Assembly: GCA_963843945.1 (NCBI GenBank)
Contig: CAWJMF010000002.1
Span: forward strand, 1,657,399-1,721,398
Direction: 5' to 3'
Source: Vulcanimicrobiota bacterium
Lineage (GTDB): Bacteria; Vulcanimicrobiota; Vulcanimicrobiia; Vulcanimicrobiales; Vulcanimicrobiaceae
DNA length: 64,000 nt
The notes under the pieces are model-generated. The model ran no database searches. It saw nothing but the letters and a program-made list of their open reading frames with translations, and was not told where the DNA came from. The position numbers and the translations under genes are program-made. The first letter of the stretch is position 1. Each line of letters starts with the position of its first letter. Shown here in pieces: positions 45,754-55,472 of this stretch.

Positions 45754-46878
45754 ATGTTTCCAAGCTCCGGGTTCTCATCGCGGCTAAAGCGAATCGTCCG
45801 AGCCGGCTCGACGGCCACGTTTCTGCTCGCTGCGGCGCTCGGCGCGTGCTCGGGCAGCGGCAGCGGCAGCAAGGTTCCCACCGGCCCCACCCCGACTCCA
45901 AAGCCCACGAGTTCGGGGGCGACGCCGACGCCGTCGCCGTCGCCGACACACTCCGCCGCCGACCACTACGTCTACTATTCGACCCGGAACCTTAACGTCG
46001 GGGCCGCGTCGCTGGGCGCCGTGAGCTATCCGTTGACCTCCACGTCCGCGCCGGCAGTAACGGTCTACGGCTCCAGCGCCAACAAACTCACCGGCACCGG
46101 GCCTCTGCTGATCGATTCCTCGGGACGCCTCTGGGGACTGAACGGGTTGAACCCGCCGGCGATCGTCGGCATCTTCGATACGCCGCTGACCTCGACGAGT
46201 TTGCCGAGCGTCGTCTTGACCTTGCCGAGCGGAGTCGTCGCGAATGCCATGGCCTTCGACCCGTCGGGGAATCTGTGGATTGCGTCGTGGAACAGCGGAG
46301 CGATTTCGGCCTACGAGTTCACCGGGCCGTTCAACGTGACGGCCACGCTCGTGGCCGCGCATAAAGTACCCGTCGGTGGTTGTACCGACAGCGCCTCGTA
46401 TTTTGGGATGGCCTTCAACGCGGCGGGCGACCTCTACGTGACGTGCAACGGAAGCCCGGCTTCGTCAAGCGTTGCGGTGCTCCTCAAGAGCGCGAGCTAT
46501 GGCAGCGTCAATCACTATCTGAGCGGACTGGGCGCGCCTTCCGCGCTGATTTTCGACTCCGCCGGCGACCTCTACGCGGGCAGCAACAGCGCCCCGCCGG
46601 GCGGCGGCATTTGCCTCTTCAAGAGCGGCAACCTCGGCGCCGGAGCTACGCCCAACGTGTGCGACTCAACCGGGATGGGTGCCGCCTACTGGCCCGTCCA
46701 GCTCGCATTCGATTCCGCCGGCAACATCTATTCCGCCAACTGCATCGACTTGCCGGGACAACTGATCGTCTACCCGACCTCCACGCAGCCGCTCTCCGCC
46801 GGACTCGCCCCTTCGGCCGTTTACAGCGACGCGAACATCGCCGCGTCTCAATGCGTCGGAGGCGTGGCGATTTACTAG
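45754..46878 (+). CDS. Putative lipoprotein with a beta-propeller-like repeat domain.
   Basis: Lipobox 'LLAAALGAC' and a Ser/Gly/Pro/Thr linker. Repeated 'FD.SGNLW' / 'FDSAGDLY' / 'FDSAGNIY' blades. Confidence 0.55.
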   Translation: MFPSSGFSSRLKRIVRAGSTATFLLAAALGACSGSGSGSKVPTGPTPTPKPTSSGATPTPSPSPTHSAADHYVYYSTRNLNVGAASLGAVSYPLTSTSAPAVTVYGSSANKLTGTGPLLIDSSGRLWGLNGLNPPAIVGIFDTPLTSTSLPSVVLTLPSGVVANAMAFDPSGNLWIASWNSGAISAYEFTGPFNVTATLVAAHKVPVGGCTDSASYFGMAFNAAGDLYVTCNGSPASSSVAVLLKSASYGSVNHYLSGLGAPSALIFDSAGDLYAGSNSAPPGGGICLFKSGNLGAGATPNVCDSTGMGAAYWPVQLAFDSAGNIYSANCIDLPGQLIVYPTSTQPLSAGLAPSAVYSDANIAASQCVGGVAIY

Positions 46879-46902
46879 GCGGCGAATACGACGCGGGCTA
46901 CG

Positions 46903-47640
46903 CTAGATGCCCGCGTACCATTCGTAGCCTTGGTCCTCCCAGTAGCCGCCGCTGCCGCCGAAGAGATGATCGAAATCCGTTGCCAGTTCGATGCGCCCGA
47001 CCCACTTCGCACTCTTATAGCCGAGTTGCGTCGGGATGCGCAAGCGAACGGGGGCGCCGTGATCGGCATCCAGCGGCTTGTCGTTGAGGTCGAGCGCGAG
47101 CAACGTTTGCGGATGGGCGGCCTGATGCAGGTTCAGGCTTTCATAGTATGGCGTGCCGGAATCGTCGCGGTCGAGACAGTGAAAGATCACGTAGCGTGCG
47201 TCCGGCGCCGGCTTCACCAGCGCGAGAAATTTGCCGAGCGGAACGCCGGCCCACTTCCCGATCGCACTCCAGCCCTCGACGCAGTCGTGCCGCGTGATTT
47301 GCGCAAGCGACTGCATTGCGCGCAGTTCGCTCAGCGAGAAGCTCTGCGGACGCTCGACTTTTCCGTCGACCGCCAGCCGGTACGAGGCGAAGTTCTCGCG
47401 CACCAGCGCTTGATAGCTCGAATCGGACGGCGTCGATAGGCCGTTGACGCGGAAGTCCCGATCGACGTCCGCTTCCTTGTAGAGCTGCGCCGAGCCGCGC
47501 GTGCCGATGACGACGTGGTTGAGACCTTCGGCCGAACCGATCACGCGCATCACGGCGTTGTTTTGCGTCAAGCCGTTCGTTACGGAGCTGCAGCCCGCGA
47601 GGGCCGCGCTACCGCTCGCCAGGAAGAGCCGGCGCTTCAT
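46903..47640 (-). CDS. Molybdopterin-dependent oxidoreductase (sulfite-oxidase-fold, YedY/MsrP-like catalytic subunit). Tat-lipoprotein signal.
   Basis: 'MKRRLFLASGSAALAGCS' carries both an RR motif and a lipobox. 'ITRHDCVEGWS' is the Mo-cofactor-binding cysteine motif. Confidence 0.75.
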   Translation of the reverse strand: MKRRLFLASGSAALAGCSSVTNGLTQNNAVMRVIGSAEGLNHVVIGTRGSAQLYKEADVDRDFRVNGLSTPSDSSYQALVRENFASYRLAVDGKVERPQSFSLSELRAMQSLAQITRHDCVEGWSAIGKWAGVPLGKFLALVKPAPDARYVIFHCLDRDDSGTPYYESLNLHQAAHPQTLLALDLNDKPLDADHGAPVRLRIPTQLGYKSAKWVGRIELATDFDHLFGGSGGYWEDQGYEWYAGI

Positions 47641-48491
47641 GGGCCTAGCCCTTCGTGGTGGCCGAGACGATAGCGTCCGCTGATCATCGAGCGCATGTTA
47701 TTCAAGAATCCCGTGCTCAGCACCAAGATGACGTGCGTAAAGAAAAAGCCGATGAGGGCGAGCATGAACGCGAAGTGCCACAAGCGCGCGAACTGACGGC
47801 CGCCGAATACCCAGGTCAAGGGATGGGCGATCGCGTCGATGCCGGGCGAAAGCGCCAGGCCGGAGAGCACGATGAGCGGCGAAAAAACGAACAACACCAG
47901 CGTGTAGGCCGCCTTCTGCAACGGATTGTACTTGCCGTAGTGCGGCGGATCTTTGCGCAGGCGCAGATAGTAGAGCTGCATCGGCAAGAGCTTCGGCACG
48001 TCGGACGGTCGCAGGACGATCGTCGCGAGGTCTTTACGTAAGATGCCGCTGACGAAATACGCCGCTCCGGCCGCGACGAAGAGCCAGCCGAAAAACAGAT
48101 GCCAGCGCCGTCCGCCCGAGAGATCTTGAAATCCCGGAAAGGTGATCCAGCCGGGAAAGGCGCGGGCCGTTTGGCCGCCCATGCCGTCGTCCGTGTAACC
48201 GAGCACGTGTCCCGTTGCGAAGCGCTTGCCGAAGACCTCGACGTACCCGGTGCCGCGCCCGTCGGCCGTCGGTTCGGCACCGATCATCAGCACGCGGTGC
48301 GCCGGGTCGCTCTTGAGCGCCGCATCCAAGTAGGGCGCGGCGTTGAAAATCTGCAGACCGCTCATCACCAGCACGAAAAAGGCCAGCGTACCGACCCAAT
48401 GGCTGATCCGCGTCGTCACCGAGTGGCGAAGGACGAGTGTATCGTCCTCGCGGGTCGCGGCGCGCGGCGCCACCCCTGCCGTGGTATCCAT
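47637..48491 (-). CDS. Cytochrome b (b561 / Ni-hydrogenase b-type family) membrane subunit.
   Basis: 4-5 TM with conserved His residues ('RISHWVGTLAFF', 'WHLFFGW'). ATGA overlap with the downstream Mo-enzyme gene. Confidence 0.7.
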   Translation of the reverse strand: MDTTAGVAPRAATREDDTLVLRHSVTTRISHWVGTLAFFVLVMSGLQIFNAAPYLDAALKSDPAHRVLMIGAEPTADGRGTGYVEVFGKRFATGHVLGYTDDGMGGQTARAFPGWITFPGFQDLSGGRRWHLFFGWLFVAAGAAYFVSGILRKDLATIVLRPSDVPKLLPMQLYYLRLRKDPPHYGKYNPLQKAAYTLVLFVFSPLIVLSGLALSPGIDAIAHPLTWVFGGRQFARLWHFAFMLALIGFFFTHVILVLSTGFLNNMRSMISGRYRLGHHEGLGP

Positions 48492-48561
48492 AAGCCCATC
48501 CTATCACCCCGGCGCGCCGTGGGGAGTAAGGGAGCCGACAGCGCCCCTCGAAAGCGCTCGC

Positions 48562-49344
48562 ATGCAGCCCAAGCATCTGACGGTCCGCCGGCATGGAGCG
48601 GTCGCCCGCGTGACCATGACGCGGCCGGACGTACGCAACGCCTTCAACGCGAGCTTGATCGCCGAGCTGCACGAAGCATTCGAATCGCTAGGAGCCGACG
48701 GCGAGGTTCGCGCGATCGTCCTCGCCGGTGAGGGGAAGGCCTTTTGCGGCGGCGCCGACGTCAACTGGATGCAAGCCTCGCTCGAGCTCAGCCTGGAAGA
48801 AAACCTTGAGGACGCGCGCGCGCTTTCGCGCATGTTGCGTGCGATCGACGGCGTCCCCAAGCCCGTCATCGGGCGAATCCAAGGCGCTGCGCTTGGCGGC
48901 GGCGCGGGACTAGCCGCGGTCTGCGATCTCGCGGTCGCCGCCGAAGACGCCTTCTTCGGCTTTACCGAGGTCAAACTCGGCATCGTGCCCGCCGTCATCT
49001 CACCCTTCGTCATCGCGAAGATCGGTCTTAGCCAGATGCGGGCGCTCGGATTGAGCGGCGAACGCTTCAGCGCGCATCACGCGCGAACGATCGGCCTCGT
49101 CCACGAGGTCGTCGCCGAAGACCGGCTGGACGCAACCATCGAAAGCGCGATGAAGACGTTCCTCTCGGCGAGCCCGAGCGCCATCGCGGTTGCGAAACAA
49201 CTTTTCGCCGGGGTCGCACAAACCTCGTACGGCGATACGCTCGAACTGACCGCGAAGAGCATCGCCGAACAGCGAACGAGTCCCGAGGGTCAAGAGGGCC
49301 TGCGCGCGTTTCTCGAAAAGCGGCGGCCGGCTTGGATGGAGTAA
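48562..49344 (+). CDS. Enoyl-CoA hydratase (methylglutaconyl-CoA hydratase-like, LiuC). ATG at 48562.
   Basis: 'AFCGGADV' and 'GAALGGGAGLAAVCDLAVAAEDAFFGFTEVKLGI' crotonase motifs. Confidence 0.85.
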   Translation: MQPKHLTVRRHGAVARVTMTRPDVRNAFNASLIAELHEAFESLGADGEVRAIVLAGEGKAFCGGADVNWMQASLELSLEENLEDARALSRMLRAIDGVPKPVIGRIQGAALGGGAGLAAVCDLAVAAEDAFFGFTEVKLGIVPAVISPFVIAKIGLSQMRALGLSGERFSAHHARTIGLVHEVVAEDRLDATIESAMKTFLSASPSAIAVAKQLFAGVAQTSYGDTLELTAKSIAEQRTSPEGQEGLRAFLEKRRPAWME

Positions 49345-51284
49345 GCGAAGTCCGTCCGATCCGCCGTCTGCTGATCGCCAATCGCGGCGAGATCGCCGTG
49401 CGGATCGCTCGCGCCGCGCGCGAAGCGGGCATCGTGCCCCTCGGCATCTACTCCGAAGCCGACGCGCAGGCTTTTCATTTGAGTGCGATGGACGAGTCGG
49501 CCTGCATCGGTCCCGCACCCGCGAGCGAATCGTACTTGGACGTGGCGCGCGTCGTCGGGGCGCTGCATGAGTTGCGCGCCGACGCCGTGCACCCGGGCTA
49601 CGGCTTTCTCTCGGAGCAGGCACGCTTCGCGCGCGCGGTACGCGCAGCCGGCGCCATCTTTGTCGGGCCGCCCGAACGCGCCATCGAAGCCATGGGCGAC
49701 AAGAGTGCCGCTAAGCAACTCGTGCGCGCGCACGGAGTTCCGGTCTTGCCGGGTTACGACGGCGCCGAGCAAACGCCCGAGCGCCTGCGTGCGGAAGCGC
49801 GCAAGATCGGCGCGCCGCTGGTAGTTAAAGCGACCGCCGGGGGCGGCGGACGCGGCCTGCGCGTCGTCACGGATTTGGATCGCTTCGACGAGGCGTTGGA
49901 GTCCGCCAAGCGCGAAGCCGCGGGCGCGTTCGGCGACGAGCGCGTCCTGCTCGAGCGCTACGTCGTCCGTCCGCGCCACATCGAATTTCAGATCCTCGCC
50001 GACGCTCACGGCACGACGCTGCACCTCGGCGAGCGCGAGTGCTCGATCCAGCGGCGTCATCAGAAGCTAATCGAAGAGGCACCCTCGGTGGCCCTGGGGC
50101 CCGAGCTGCGCGCCGCGATGGGTGCAGCCGCCGTGCGCGCCGCGCGTGCCGCGGACTACGTGAACGCCGGCACGGTCGAATTTCTGCTCGACGAGAGCGG
50201 AGCGTTCTACTTTCTCGAGATGAACGCGCGCCTGCAAGTCGAGCATCCCGTCACCGAAGCGGTCCACGGCGTCGATTTGGTGCGCCTCCAACTCGCGATT
50301 GCCAGCGGTGCGCCGCTGCGGCTCACGCAAGACGAGATCGCGGCGCGCGGCTGGGCCATCGAAGCGCGCATCAACGCCGAAGATCCCGCCTCCGGTTACT
50401 TGCCGGCGACCGGTAAGATTGCGCACTGGGAAATGCCGAGCGGGCCCGGCATCCGGGTCGACGCCGGCGTACGCGAAGGCAGCGACGTCTCGGTCTATTA
50501 CGACTCCCTTCTCGCGAAACTCATCGCTTGGGGCCCCGACCGTCAAAGCGCGGTCGAACGGTTGACGGGCGCGCTCGAGGCTTTTCGCATCGACGGCGTC
50601 CCGACGAACCTTCCGCTGCAGCTGCGAATCGCGCGGGACGTGACGTTCCGGGCCGGTTACACGACGACCGCGTTCCTCGTCGAGCACGAGAACTTCATGA
50701 CGCCCGATCCCACGGGCGAACCCGACGAAGCGTTCCTCCTCGCGATCGGGGCCGTGCTCGAGGACGCGCGCGCGTGGCGAATCGGCGGCGTTGGAATTCC
50801 GGTTGCGTTGGACGGACGGCAGCGTCACGTGGCGGTCGCCGCCTCGCGCGGCGACGCCCCCGGCAGCTGGCAGCTTACCGGCGACTTCAGCGGCGAGCTG
50901 ACCTTCGAGACCTCGGGCGAACGCGTCACCGTTCGGAGTGCCGGCGCCCGCTGCGCGGGCCGCGCGAGCGTGGGGCGGAGCGGCGTCGAGGTGAGTTTCG
51001 AGGGCGAGCGCTTCGCCTTCGCCTTCGCGCAGCCGCCCCAACTCGGCACCCGCGGCGCGGGGGCGGCGGCGCACGGCGGCATCACCGCACCGATGCCGGG
51101 AAAAATCGTTAGCGTGGCCGTGAAACCCGGCGACCTGGTCGCGGAGCGCGACCTCCTCGTCGTTCTGGAAGCGATGAAGATGGAGCACCGCATCGAAGCA
51201 AGCCGTCCCGGTGTCGTCAAGAGCGTCGCGGTCGCAGCGGGGGCCCTGGTCACCGGCGGCGCGACGCTCGTGGAGTTCGAATGA
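49332..51284 (+). CDS. mccA: Methylcrotonoyl-CoA carboxylase alpha subunit (biotin carboxylase + BCCP).
   Basis: ATP-grasp biotin-carboxylase domains and a C-terminal biotinyl motif 'EAMKMEH'. Confidence 0.9.
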   Translation: MDGVSEVRPIRRLLIANRGEIAVRIARAAREAGIVPLGIYSEADAQAFHLSAMDESACIGPAPASESYLDVARVVGALHELRADAVHPGYGFLSEQARFARAVRAAGAIFVGPPERAIEAMGDKSAAKQLVRAHGVPVLPGYDGAEQTPERLRAEARKIGAPLVVKATAGGGGRGLRVVTDLDRFDEALESAKREAAGAFGDERVLLERYVVRPRHIEFQILADAHGTTLHLGERECSIQRRHQKLIEEAPSVALGPELRAAMGAAAVRAARAADYVNAGTVEFLLDESGAFYFLEMNARLQVEHPVTEAVHGVDLVRLQLAIASGAPLRLTQDEIAARGWAIEARINAEDPASGYLPATGKIAHWEMPSGPGIRVDAGVREGSDVSVYYDSLLAKLIAWGPDRQSAVERLTGALEAFRIDGVPTNLPLQLRIARDVTFRAGYTTTAFLVEHENFMTPDPTGEPDEAFLLAIGAVLEDARAWRIGGVGIPVALDGRQRHVAVAASRGDAPGSWQLTGDFSGELTFETSGERVTVRSAGARCAGRASVGRSGVEVSFEGERFAFAFAQPPQLGTRGAGAAAHGGITAPMPGKIVSVAVKPGDLVAERDLLVVLEAMKMEHRIEASRPGVVKSVAVAAGALVTGGATLVEFE

Positions 51285-52216
51285 AGATAACCGCCCTCTC
51301 GCTCTCGACCCTCCCGGCTCGCGTTAAGGTCTGCGAGATGGGTCCGCGCGACGGCTTGCAAAACGAGGCCGGCGTGGTCGCGACCGCCGACAAGATCCGC
51401 TACATCGACTTGCTCTCGGCCAGCGGTCTGGCGCTGATCGAGGCGACGTCGTTCGTGCGGCCCGCTGCGATCCCGCAGCTCAACGACGCCGAGGCGGTGA
51501 TGGCCGGCATCGAGCAACGTCCGGGGGTAACGTACCCGTGCCTCGTTCCGAACATGCGCGGTTTCGATCGGGCGCGTGCCGCGGGCGTGCGCGCGATCGG
51601 GGTCTTCACTGCCGCCTCGGAGAGCTTTACGAAACGCAACATCAACATGACGATCGCCGAGTCGCTCGACACCTTCCGCGACGTCGTCGGCGCCGCGCGG
51701 CGCGACGACGTGTGGGTGCGCGCCTACATTTCGACGGCGTTCGGCTGCCCCTACGAAGGTGCAGTGGCGCCCGAGAGCGTGGTGCGCGTGGCCGACGCGC
51801 TGGCCGAAATGGGCGTCGACGAACTTTCGATCGGCGATACGATCGGCGTCGCGACGCCGAATCAAGTCGTCGAGGTGTGCGCCGCGCTGCAGGCGCACCT
51901 GCCGGTCGAGCGCCTCGCCATGCACTTCCACGATACGCGCGGGACCGCGCTCGCCAACGTCCTGGCGGCGTTGCAAATGAACGTTGCGATCTTCGATTCT
52001 TCGAGCGCGGGACTCGGCGGCTGTCCTTACGCCCCAGGCGCATCCGGAAACCTTGCGACCGAGGATCTGCTGTACATGCTGCAGGGAATGGGAATCGAAA
52101 CGGGCGTCGAGCTCGAGCGCGTGCGCGATGCCTCGCGCTTCATTAGCGGCGTTCTGGGCCGCGAGATCCCGTCGCGCGCCTATCAAGCCCTCGAAGCACA
52201 GCTCGCTCGCGCGTGA
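51281..52216 (+). CDS. Hydroxymethylglutaryl-CoA lyase.
   Basis: 'VKVCEMGPRDGLQNE' and 'MHFHDTRGTALANVLAAL' DRE-TIM lyase motifs. ATGA overlap with mccA. Confidence 0.9.
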   Translation: MKITALSLSTLPARVKVCEMGPRDGLQNEAGVVATADKIRYIDLLSASGLALIEATSFVRPAAIPQLNDAEAVMAGIEQRPGVTYPCLVPNMRGFDRARAAGVRAIGVFTAASESFTKRNINMTIAESLDTFRDVVGAARRDDVWVRAYISTAFGCPYEGAVAPESVVRVADALAEMGVDELSIGDTIGVATPNQVVEVCAALQAHLPVERLAMHFHDTRGTALANVLAALQMNVAIFDSSSAGLGGCPYAPGASGNLATEDLLYMLQGMGIETGVELERVRDASRFISGVLGREIPSRAYQALEAQLARA

Positions 52217-53415
52217 ACGGCGACCGTTTCCCGGCGGTGATGGCGGCGGCGGCACACGGCCGCGTGCTGCTCGACAATGCGGCCGGCACGCAGCTGCCCG
52301 ACACGGCGCTGGAACGGATCCAACGCTACCTCGCGTACGACAACGCACAGAAGGGTTCGATCTTCGCTCGGACCGAGGCCACCACGGCGATGGTCGATCA
52401 GGCGAAAGCCGAATTCGCCGCGCTCGTCGGGGCGCAGGTAGCCCAAGTCGGCATCGGCGCCAACGGGACGTCGCTCGCACTCGCATTCTCGCGCCTGATC
52501 GCCAGCTCGATCCAAAAAGGCGACCGCGTCGTCGTCACCGCCGCCGACCACGAAGCCAACGTCGCGCCCTGGGTTTGGTTGCGCCGTTTCGGCGCGCAGA
52601 TCGACATCGTGCCGGTCGATCGTCGCGGCGACCTCGACGAAGCGCGCTTCAGCGCGTACTTGCAGCGCGCCCCGGTACTCGTCGCGCTGCCCTGGGCTTC
52701 CAACGTGACGGGGACGGTGTTCGACGTGACGCGCTACGCGCAAGCGGCCCGGCGCGCCGGCGCGATGGTCGTGGTCGACGGCGTGCAAGCCTTTCCTCAT
52801 TTTCCAATCGAACTCGATGCGGCAATCGACTTCGCGTTCTTCTCCGCCTACAAAATCTATGCGCCGCACGCGGGCTTCTGGTATGCGAGCCGGCGGATCT
52901 TCGAGCGCTATATCCGCGCCGACGACGCGATGGTTCCGGGCGGCGACGCGCGCTATTGGACCCTCGAAACGGGAACGCAAAGCTATGAGGCAATGGCCGG
53001 CTGGCTTGGAACGCTCGACTACCTGCGCGCCGTTGCCGAGATGCCGCGACTCGCGCTCGGCTTGATCGCGCGCTACGAGAGCGAGTTATGCGCCTACGCG
53101 CGCGCGAAATTCGCCGAGCGCAGCGACGTCGTGCACCTGTACGGACGCGCGGCCGAGGCCGAGCGCCTGCCGGTCTTCGCTTTCAGCGTCGCCTCGCTGA
53201 CGGGCGAAGAGCTCGCGCAGCGTTTCGAACGCGCGAACATCGAAGCGCGCGTCGGCGACTTCTACTCGCCGCGCTTGCTGCAGGCACTGGCGCCGGACGC
53301 CGGCGGACGCGCCGTGCGCCTGAGTTTCGCGCACTACAATACCAGCGACGACGTCGACCGCTGCTTCGACGTGATCGACGCGGCCGTCGGCCGCGTCGAG
53401 TCGCTCAAAGCGTGA
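52213..53415 (+). CDS. Class V aminotransferase-fold PLP enzyme (cysteine desulfurase / SufS-CsdA-like).
   Basis: 400 aa. 'FFSAYKIYAPHAG' (PLP-Lys region) and class V fold pattern. Confidence 0.8.
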   Translation: MNGDRFPAVMAAAAHGRVLLDNAAGTQLPDTALERIQRYLAYDNAQKGSIFARTEATTAMVDQAKAEFAALVGAQVAQVGIGANGTSLALAFSRLIASSIQKGDRVVVTAADHEANVAPWVWLRRFGAQIDIVPVDRRGDLDEARFSAYLQRAPVLVALPWASNVTGTVFDVTRYAQAARRAGAMVVVDGVQAFPHFPIELDAAIDFAFFSAYKIYAPHAGFWYASRRIFERYIRADDAMVPGGDARYWTLETGTQSYEAMAGWLGTLDYLRAVAEMPRLALGLIARYESELCAYARAKFAERSDVVHLYGRAAEAERLPVFAFSVASLTGEELAQRFERANIEARVGDFYSPRLLQALAPDAGGRAVRLSFAHYNTSDDVDRCFDVIDAAVGRVESLKA

Positions 53416-54170
53416 GCGACAACGATTCGATCGCGCGCTTCGCCGTGCGGGCGGGCGACTACGCACGCTTTCGCCCGAGCTACCCCGCCGCCGCAATCGA
53501 TGCGATCCTGAGCGGCCTGGGCGATCCCGCGCAGCTCGACGTCGTCGACCTCGGGGCCGGGACGGGCATCTCGTTGCGCCTTTTGGCCGAACGCGGCTGC
53601 CGCGCACTCGGAATCGAACCCGGCGGCGAAATGCGGGAACAAGCCCGCGCCGCAGACCTCGACGTGCGCGAAGGCAGCGCAACCGCCACGGGCTTGCCGT
53701 CCGCATCGGTCGACCTCGTCACGGCGTTCCAAGCCTTTCACTGGTTCGCGAACGCGCCGGCCGTCGCCGAGATCGCGCGCATCCTGCGCCCGGGCGCCCG
53801 CCTCGCACTCGCGTGGAATCATTTCGAGCGCGGCGACCCGTTCACCGACGCGTTTGCCGACCTACACGAACGGTACGGCGAACGAGCCATGATTGCGGCG
53901 CTGGGTGTTGACTCGAAGACCATCGACGGGGTCGTACAGGAAGGCGGCTTTCGCGACTACCGCCGCCTGTCGTTTCCCTGGACCCTCGAGAGCGACTACG
54001 ACGCTCTCGTGGGGAGACTGCGCAGTTCGTCGTCGACGCCGCGTGAAGGCGAACGCTATGAGGCCATGGTAGCTGAGCTGGCCATGCTTCATTCGCGCTT
54101 TGCAGCGCCGGGCCGCCTCGTGCCCGTCGCTTACCGAACCGACGTGTTTCTCAGTGAAAAAACCGCCTGA
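53412..54170 (+). CDS. Class I SAM-dependent methyltransferase (Methyltransf_11-like). GTG start overlaps the upstream stop (GTGA).
   Basis: 'VVDLGAGTGISLRLL' motif I. The track ORF 5' part (53088..53411) is an off-frame shadow. Confidence 0.75.
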   Translation: MSDNDSIARFAVRAGDYARFRPSYPAAAIDAILSGLGDPAQLDVVDLGAGTGISLRLLAERGCRALGIEPGGEMREQARAADLDVREGSATATGLPSASVDLVTAFQAFHWFANAPAVAEIARILRPGARLALAWNHFERGDPFTDAFADLHERYGERAMIAALGVDSKTIDGVVQEGGFRDYRRLSFPWTLESDYDALVGRLRSSSSTPREGERYEAMVAELAMLHSRFAAPGRLVPVAYRTDVFLSEKTA

Positions 54171-55345
54171 TGCTCGCCATCAAATTCGGAACGCTGCATC
54201 ACAACGACGGCGGCGAGCCGCGTCGCAACGGGGTCCTCGTGATCGACGGCGAGCGCGTCGCGTCGATCGGCGAAGAAGTGCCGGCGGGTGCCGAGGTCGT
54301 CGAAGCCGCTTGCGTCGTTCCGGGGCTGATCAACTGTCACGCGCACTTGGAGATGAACGGCGGGACCGACACGATGACGGTGACGGTACTGACCACGCCG
54401 GTGCAGCGCGCCTATTTCGCCGCGAGCAACGCGCGCAAGACGCTCGAATCGGGCGTTACGACGATTCGCGAGCCCGGCGGCTCCGAGAACCTCAGCATCG
54501 AGTTGCGCGATTCGATCGCCGCCGGCACCTCCGTCGGACCGAACATCTTCGCCGCCGGACGTCCGATCTGCATGACCGGCGGCCACGGCTGGCAACTCGG
54601 CGGCCGCGAATCCGACGGGCCCTGGGACGCACGCACGGCGGTCCGCGAACAGCGCAAAGCCGGGGCCGACTGCATCAAGTTCATCGCGACGGGCGGCGTA
54701 TTGACGAAAGGCGCGGTGCCGGGCATCGACCAGCTCTCTGAGGAAGAGCTGCGCGCCGGGATCGAGGAGGCGCACAAGCACGGCATGCGCTGTGCCGCGC
54801 ATGCGATCGGCACGAACGGCATCAAGAACGCGATTCGCGCCGGAGTCGATTCGATCGAACACGGCCACCTCATCGACGACGAAGGCATCGCGCTCGCCCT
54901 CGAGCGCGGCACGTACATCGTGCCCACCCTGGCCGCGATCCGCTGCATCGTTGAGGCTGGTCCGGAGGCCGGTTTGCCGGAGTTCGTGACCCGTAAAGCC
55001 GGCGAGATCGCCGAACACGCCGAGGGCAACCTGCGCCGGGCGCGGGCCGCGGGCATCCGGTTTGCGGGCGGCTCGGACGCCGGCACGCCCTTCAACTTCC
55101 ACGAGAACTACGCGTACGAGCTCGAGCTGATGCAGACCATGCTCGGCATGGATGCCCGCGAAGCGCTGTTCGCCGCCACCGCCGGCGGCGCCGACCTGAT
55201 CGGCACCGAGCGGGGGCGCCTCCGTCCCGGGGCCGTGGCCGACGTGCTGCTGCTCAAACGCGACATCGGCGAGGACCTGCGCGCTTTCCGGGACCCTCAG
55301 GCGGTCTATAAAAGCGGCAAAGCGGTGGTCCGGAGCGCCCCTTAG
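54170..55345 (+). CDS. Amidohydrolase-family metal-dependent hydrolase.
   Basis: 'GLINCHAHLEM', 'HAIG' and 'GSDAG' metal-ligand motifs. Confidence 0.85.
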   Translation: MLAIKFGTLHHNDGGEPRRNGVLVIDGERVASIGEEVPAGAEVVEAACVVPGLINCHAHLEMNGGTDTMTVTVLTTPVQRAYFAASNARKTLESGVTTIREPGGSENLSIELRDSIAAGTSVGPNIFAAGRPICMTGGHGWQLGGRESDGPWDARTAVREQRKAGADCIKFIATGGVLTKGAVPGIDQLSEEELRAGIEEAHKHGMRCAAHAIGTNGIKNAIRAGVDSIEHGHLIDDEGIALALERGTYIVPTLAAIRCIVEAGPEAGLPEFVTRKAGEIAEHAEGNLRRARAAGIRFAGGSDAGTPFNFHENYAYELELMQTMLGMDAREALFAATAGGADLIGTERGRLRPGAVADVLLLKRDIGEDLRAFRDPQAVYKSGKAVVRSAP

Positions 55346-55472
55346 GCTCAGGCGACCGGGAGGACGCCCGCCCGCCGCTACGTCACGTCTTGGGGCAGGT
55401 TAGAAGGGCAGGACGGGCGGCAAGGGTAAGGCACGAAGCCCTTCAGTTCTTAAGGGTGGGTCAGGCTAGGTC

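Noticed and set aside
55346-55472. G-rich direct repeats (aagggt x2, ggcagg x2) upstream of rmuC, as a possible regulatory array.
   Set aside because: Short, degenerate and without symmetry. Insufficient to distinguish from chance in a high-GC background.
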